A stretch of DNA of 64,000 nt from Thermoanaerobaculia bacterium (GTDB lineage Bacteria; Acidobacteriota; Thermoanaerobaculia; Multivoradales; JAGPDF01): assembly GCA_039932055.1 (NCBI GenBank), contig JBDTQT010000001.1, positions 2,418-66,417 of the forward strand, in the 5' to 3' direction. The notes below the pieces were generated by a model. It did not search any database. It had not been told where the DNA came from and was given only the letters and a program-made list of their open reading frames with translations. Positions 61,287-64,000 of this stretch are shown here, one piece after another. Made by a program: the position numbers and the translations under genes. Within the stretch, counting starts at the first letter, position 1, and the number at the start of each line of letters is the position of its first letter.

Positions 61287-62887
61287 GATGGTCTCTCCTC
61301 GAAGGCAATGTCGGCCGAGAGCCGGGGAGCGGCGCGCGACGACGCGGCGGCCGCGAGTCGCGGCGGCCAGACGCGGAACGTCAGGCGCGTGAAGCCTTCG
61401 TCGAGGTAGAGCCCGGCGAAGAGCCAGGTGTGCAGCTTCTGCGACCAGCGACCGTGGGGGCGCAGCTGAACGAGCGACTGCGCGGCGAACAGCGCGCCGA
61501 CGCCGACCGCGACGACCGTCCAGCCGACCAGAGACGTCGCCTCGCGTGCGGTCACCGCGAACACTCGCGCGGCGCCCCAATGCCAGCCGGCGTAGAGGGC
61601 GGCCACTCCGATGGCGCGGAGCCCGATAGTCGCCATCGAGTCGGCGCTCTGCGCGGCCATCGGAACGAGGGACAGAGCGACGAGGAGGCCGAGCACCCAC
61701 ACCGAGGGGTCGGCGGCGTGCGTAAGAGCACCCAGGTTGAAGCTGAGCGCGATGGCGATTGCCGCGGCTCCGAGCACCAGGGCGGTGCTGGCGCAGAGCC
61801 GCAGGACGGAGGGGGCCGGCGGTCGTCGGGTGAGTGCGCCGAGGCGCCAGATGTCGACCGCGCTGCCCGCGCCGAGGAACGCATGGGCCTTGTAGAGCGA
61901 GTGAGCCAGCAGATGCAGGAACGCCAGGTGCCACGCGCCAAGGCCGCACTCCACGAGCATGAAGCCCATCTGCGCGCAGGTGGACCAGGCGAGGGACACC
62001 TTGACGCTCACCCGCGTCGTCGTCACCATGGTCGCGATGACCGTCGTCGTCATCCCGACGACAACGAGGAGGAGCTGCGCGACGGGTGCGCACGCCATCA
62101 GTGGCGCGAGCCGTATCATCAGAAATCCGCCGAGATTCACCACGCCCGCGTGGAGCAGCGCCGAGACTGGTGTCGGCGCCTCCATGACCTGGATGAGCCA
62201 GCCGTGAAAGGGCAGCTGCGCCGACTTCAACGCCACGGCGACGACGCAGAGCACTGCGGCGACCTGCACCACGAACGGCAACTCGGCGTGTTCCTTCGCC
62301 CAACTGGCGATGGCGTCCAGATTCAGGCTTCCGACCCTGCTGTAGAGGAGTGCCAGCGCCGACCAGAGGCAGAGGTCAGCCAGGCGGCTGACGAGGAACT
62401 TCTTGTGGGCGGCGACGAGCGCAGCCGGCCGGTCGCCGAACAACGTGAGCAGCCTATGGAGCGCGAGACTGGTGAGCGTCCAGGCTACGGCGATGACGAG
62501 CAGGTTGTTCGCGACCACCAGTGTCGTGACCGTGGCGAGGGTTGCCAGAAGCCAGCGTGCGTAGCGCAACTGCCCCGGGTCGCCATTCAGGTAGGTGCGC
62601 GAGTAGCGGACGATGATGAGGCCGAGCGCGCAGACCAGGAGCAGCATCGCGCCGGTGATGGCGTCGACGCGCACCTCGGCGTTTCCGAGCGGGACGCCGG
62701 GCGACTGGGACACGACCACGACGCCGGCGGCAAAGAGCCCCGCCAGCACCGCCGAGAGCGAGCTCGCGACTGTCGCGCTCTTGAACGGAGCTGAGCGGCT
62801 GGAGAGCACTGCCCCGGCCCCGAGGGAGACAGGAATCGCCACCGCCAAGGCGTGCAGTGCGACCAGCCACATCGAAGACGTGTCCAT
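61283..62887 (-). CDS. dabB: DabB, NuoL/ND5 (proton-pumping antiporter-like, PF00361) membrane subunit of the DAB complex
   Basis: ~14 TM segments and the ND5-like motifs HAGVVNLGGFLMIRL and AHSLYKAHAFLGAGS. Immediately upstream of dabA. Confidence 0.8.
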   Translation of the reverse strand: MDTSSMWLVALHALAVAIPVSLGAGAVLSSRSAPFKSATVASSLSAVLAGLFAAGVVVVSQSPGVPLGNAEVRVDAITGAMLLLVCALGLIIVRYSRTYLNGDPGQLRYARWLLATLATVTTLVVANNLLVIAVAWTLTSLALHRLLTLFGDRPAALVAAHKKFLVSRLADLCLWSALALLYSRVGSLNLDAIASWAKEHAELPFVVQVAAVLCVVAVALKSAQLPFHGWLIQVMEAPTPVSALLHAGVVNLGGFLMIRLAPLMACAPVAQLLLVVVGMTTTVIATMVTTTRVSVKVSLAWSTCAQMGFMLVECGLGAWHLAFLHLLAHSLYKAHAFLGAGSAVDIWRLGALTRRPPAPSVLRLCASTALVLGAAAIAIALSFNLGALTHAADPSVWVLGLLVALSLVPMAAQSADSMATIGLRAIGVAALYAGWHWGAARVFAVTAREATSLVGWTVVAVGVGALFAAQSLVQLRPHGRWSQKLHTWLFAGLYLDEGFTRLTFRVWPPRLAAAASSRAAPRLSADIAFEERPS

Positions 62888-62964
62888 CTCGTATTTATAT
62901 CTGCCTACAAGGTTCTTGACAAAGACATAAAAGCGCTAATAGCGTTCTTTTTTGGAGATGCAAC
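62888..62964. promoter_or_regulatory. AT-rich divergent promoter/operator region between dabB and lysR (TTGACA-N15-TAATAG reading toward lysR)
   Basis: A 77-bp low-GC intergenic region, tatttatatctgcctacaaggttcttgacaaagacataaaagcgctaatagcg, typical of a LysR divergent control region. Confidence 0.45.
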
Positions 62965-63876
62965 GTGGGCCCTGACCAACTCAACTTCCACCACCTGCGT
63001 TACTTCTGGCGCGTCGCCAAAGACGGCAACCTTACTCGCACTGCGCAGCGGCTTCGCGTGGCCCAGTCGGCGCTCTCGGCGCAGATCCGGCAGCTCGAGG
63101 CGCAGCTGGGCGAGGCGCTCTTCGTGCGTGAGGGGCGGCGCCTGGTGCTCACCGAAGCGGGCGAGATCGCGCTCGCCTACGCCGAGGACATCTTCGCGGC
63201 GGGCGGCGAGCTCGTCTCGACCCTGACGCAGGGGCGGCGCCGCGACCAGCTGTTCCGCGTCGGCGCTGTTGCAACGCTCTCGCGGAACTTCCAGCGGTCG
63301 TTCGTGCGGCCCCTGCTCGCTCAGGCCGACGTGCGGCTGCACCTCGTGGCTGGCGGCCTCGACGAGCTGCTCGCTCGCCTCGAGGGCCACGGGCTCGACC
63401 TGGTGCTCTCCAACCGGCCTTCACCGCGAACGCCGCATCGTCACCTCTCGTGCCGCCGCCTCGCGCGCCAGCCCGCGAGCATCATCGCCTCACGACCTCC
63501 CGCGCACTTCCGGTTTCCCGAGGACCTCGCCGATCACCCGATGATCGTTCCGGGTAGCGCGAGCGAACTGCGCTCCGAGTTCGACGCGCTATGCGAGCGC
63601 CTGGACGTCAAGGTCCGCATCCTCGCGGAGGTCGACGACATGGCCACCATCCGCCTGCTGGCGGCCGACAGCGACGCGCTGGCTCTCGTACCCACCGTAG
63701 TCGTGCGGGACGAGCTCCGGGAGGGGGTCGTCCACGAGCTGTGCGTCGTCCCCGACATCGCCGAGACCTTCTACGCCATCACGCTCGAACGGCGCTTCCA
63801 GCACCCGCTCGTGGGCTCGCTGCTGGCGCGCGACGAAGCGGAGCTTCTCGGGATGGGGCGCGGGCGAGCGCGATAG
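62965..63876 (+). CDS. LysR family transcriptional regulator (CbbR/CmpR-like), divergent from dabBA
   Basis: GTG start with GGAGA SD. HTH LNFHHLRYFWRVAKDGNLTRTAQRLRVAQSALSAQIRQLE and a LysR substrate-binding domain. Confidence 0.85.
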   Translation: MGPDQLNFHHLRYFWRVAKDGNLTRTAQRLRVAQSALSAQIRQLEAQLGEALFVREGRRLVLTEAGEIALAYAEDIFAAGGELVSTLTQGRRRDQLFRVGAVATLSRNFQRSFVRPLLAQADVRLHLVAGGLDELLARLEGHGLDLVLSNRPSPRTPHRHLSCRRLARQPASIIASRPPAHFRFPEDLADHPMIVPGSASELRSEFDALCERLDVKVRILAEVDDMATIRLLAADSDALALVPTVVVRDELREGVVHELCVVPDIAETFYAITLERRFQHPLVGSLLARDEAELLGMGRGRAR

Positions 63877-64000
63877 TTCCGTCCTCGGCCGAGGACGGTT
63901 GTGGAGCTGACGAGCGACCGCCGTCAGCTCATCGCGGATCGCCGTACAGCCGGGCCAGGCGATGGGCTGGAACGCCCAGGGCGTAGAACAGCGGCAGAAA

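Noticed and set aside
58797-62303. 1168-aa ORF spanning dabA and part of dabB
   Set aside because: The upstream 340 aa are an out-of-frame read through dabB and are R/A-rich. The real dabA begins at the GTG overlapping the dabB stop, at the conserved LDDAV..PLDRFIAVNP N-terminal motif.

Overview
High-GC (~70%) bacterial chromosomal window. Gene content suggests an Acidobacteriota- or Gemmatimonadota-like Gram-negative: TonB receptors with CarbopepD_reg-type N-termini, a TPR Ser/Thr kinase, and strong AGGAGG Shine-Dalgarno sites. About 58 protein genes were called; no rRNA, tRNA, CRISPR or mobile elements were found. Because of the GC content, nearly every real gene is shadowed by long R/P/A-rich ORFs in other frames or antisense. 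Real frames were chosen by recognisable motifs in the supplied translations. Many ORF-track starts were trimmed to internal ATG/GTG/TTG codons with a Shine-Dalgarno site; start positions come from codon arithmetic on the supplied translations, so treat them as +/-1 nt. Highlights: (1) a 2773-aa cyclic beta-1,2-glucan synthase (896-9217, minus strand); (2) an islet of small stress-type membrane proteins (9.6-11.9 kb) bracketed by two copies of a low-GC spaced palindrome, TTTCTACC-N21-GGTAGAAAG; (3) a co-directional chain of HlyD-like adaptor, CNNM/CorC, ABC exporter and P1B metal ATPase; (4) an operon of PaiB, APC permease, MocR regulator, M14 carboxypeptidase, a secreted protein of unknown function and 5-formyl-THF cyclo-ligase, divergent from a TonB siderophore receptor, esterase and PepSY cluster; (5) a MacAB-like efflux set followed by a GT-C-like membrane protein and a PH-like small protein; (6) a dabB-dabA inorganic-carbon (CO2 hydration) pair with a divergent LysR regulator at the 3' end of the window.
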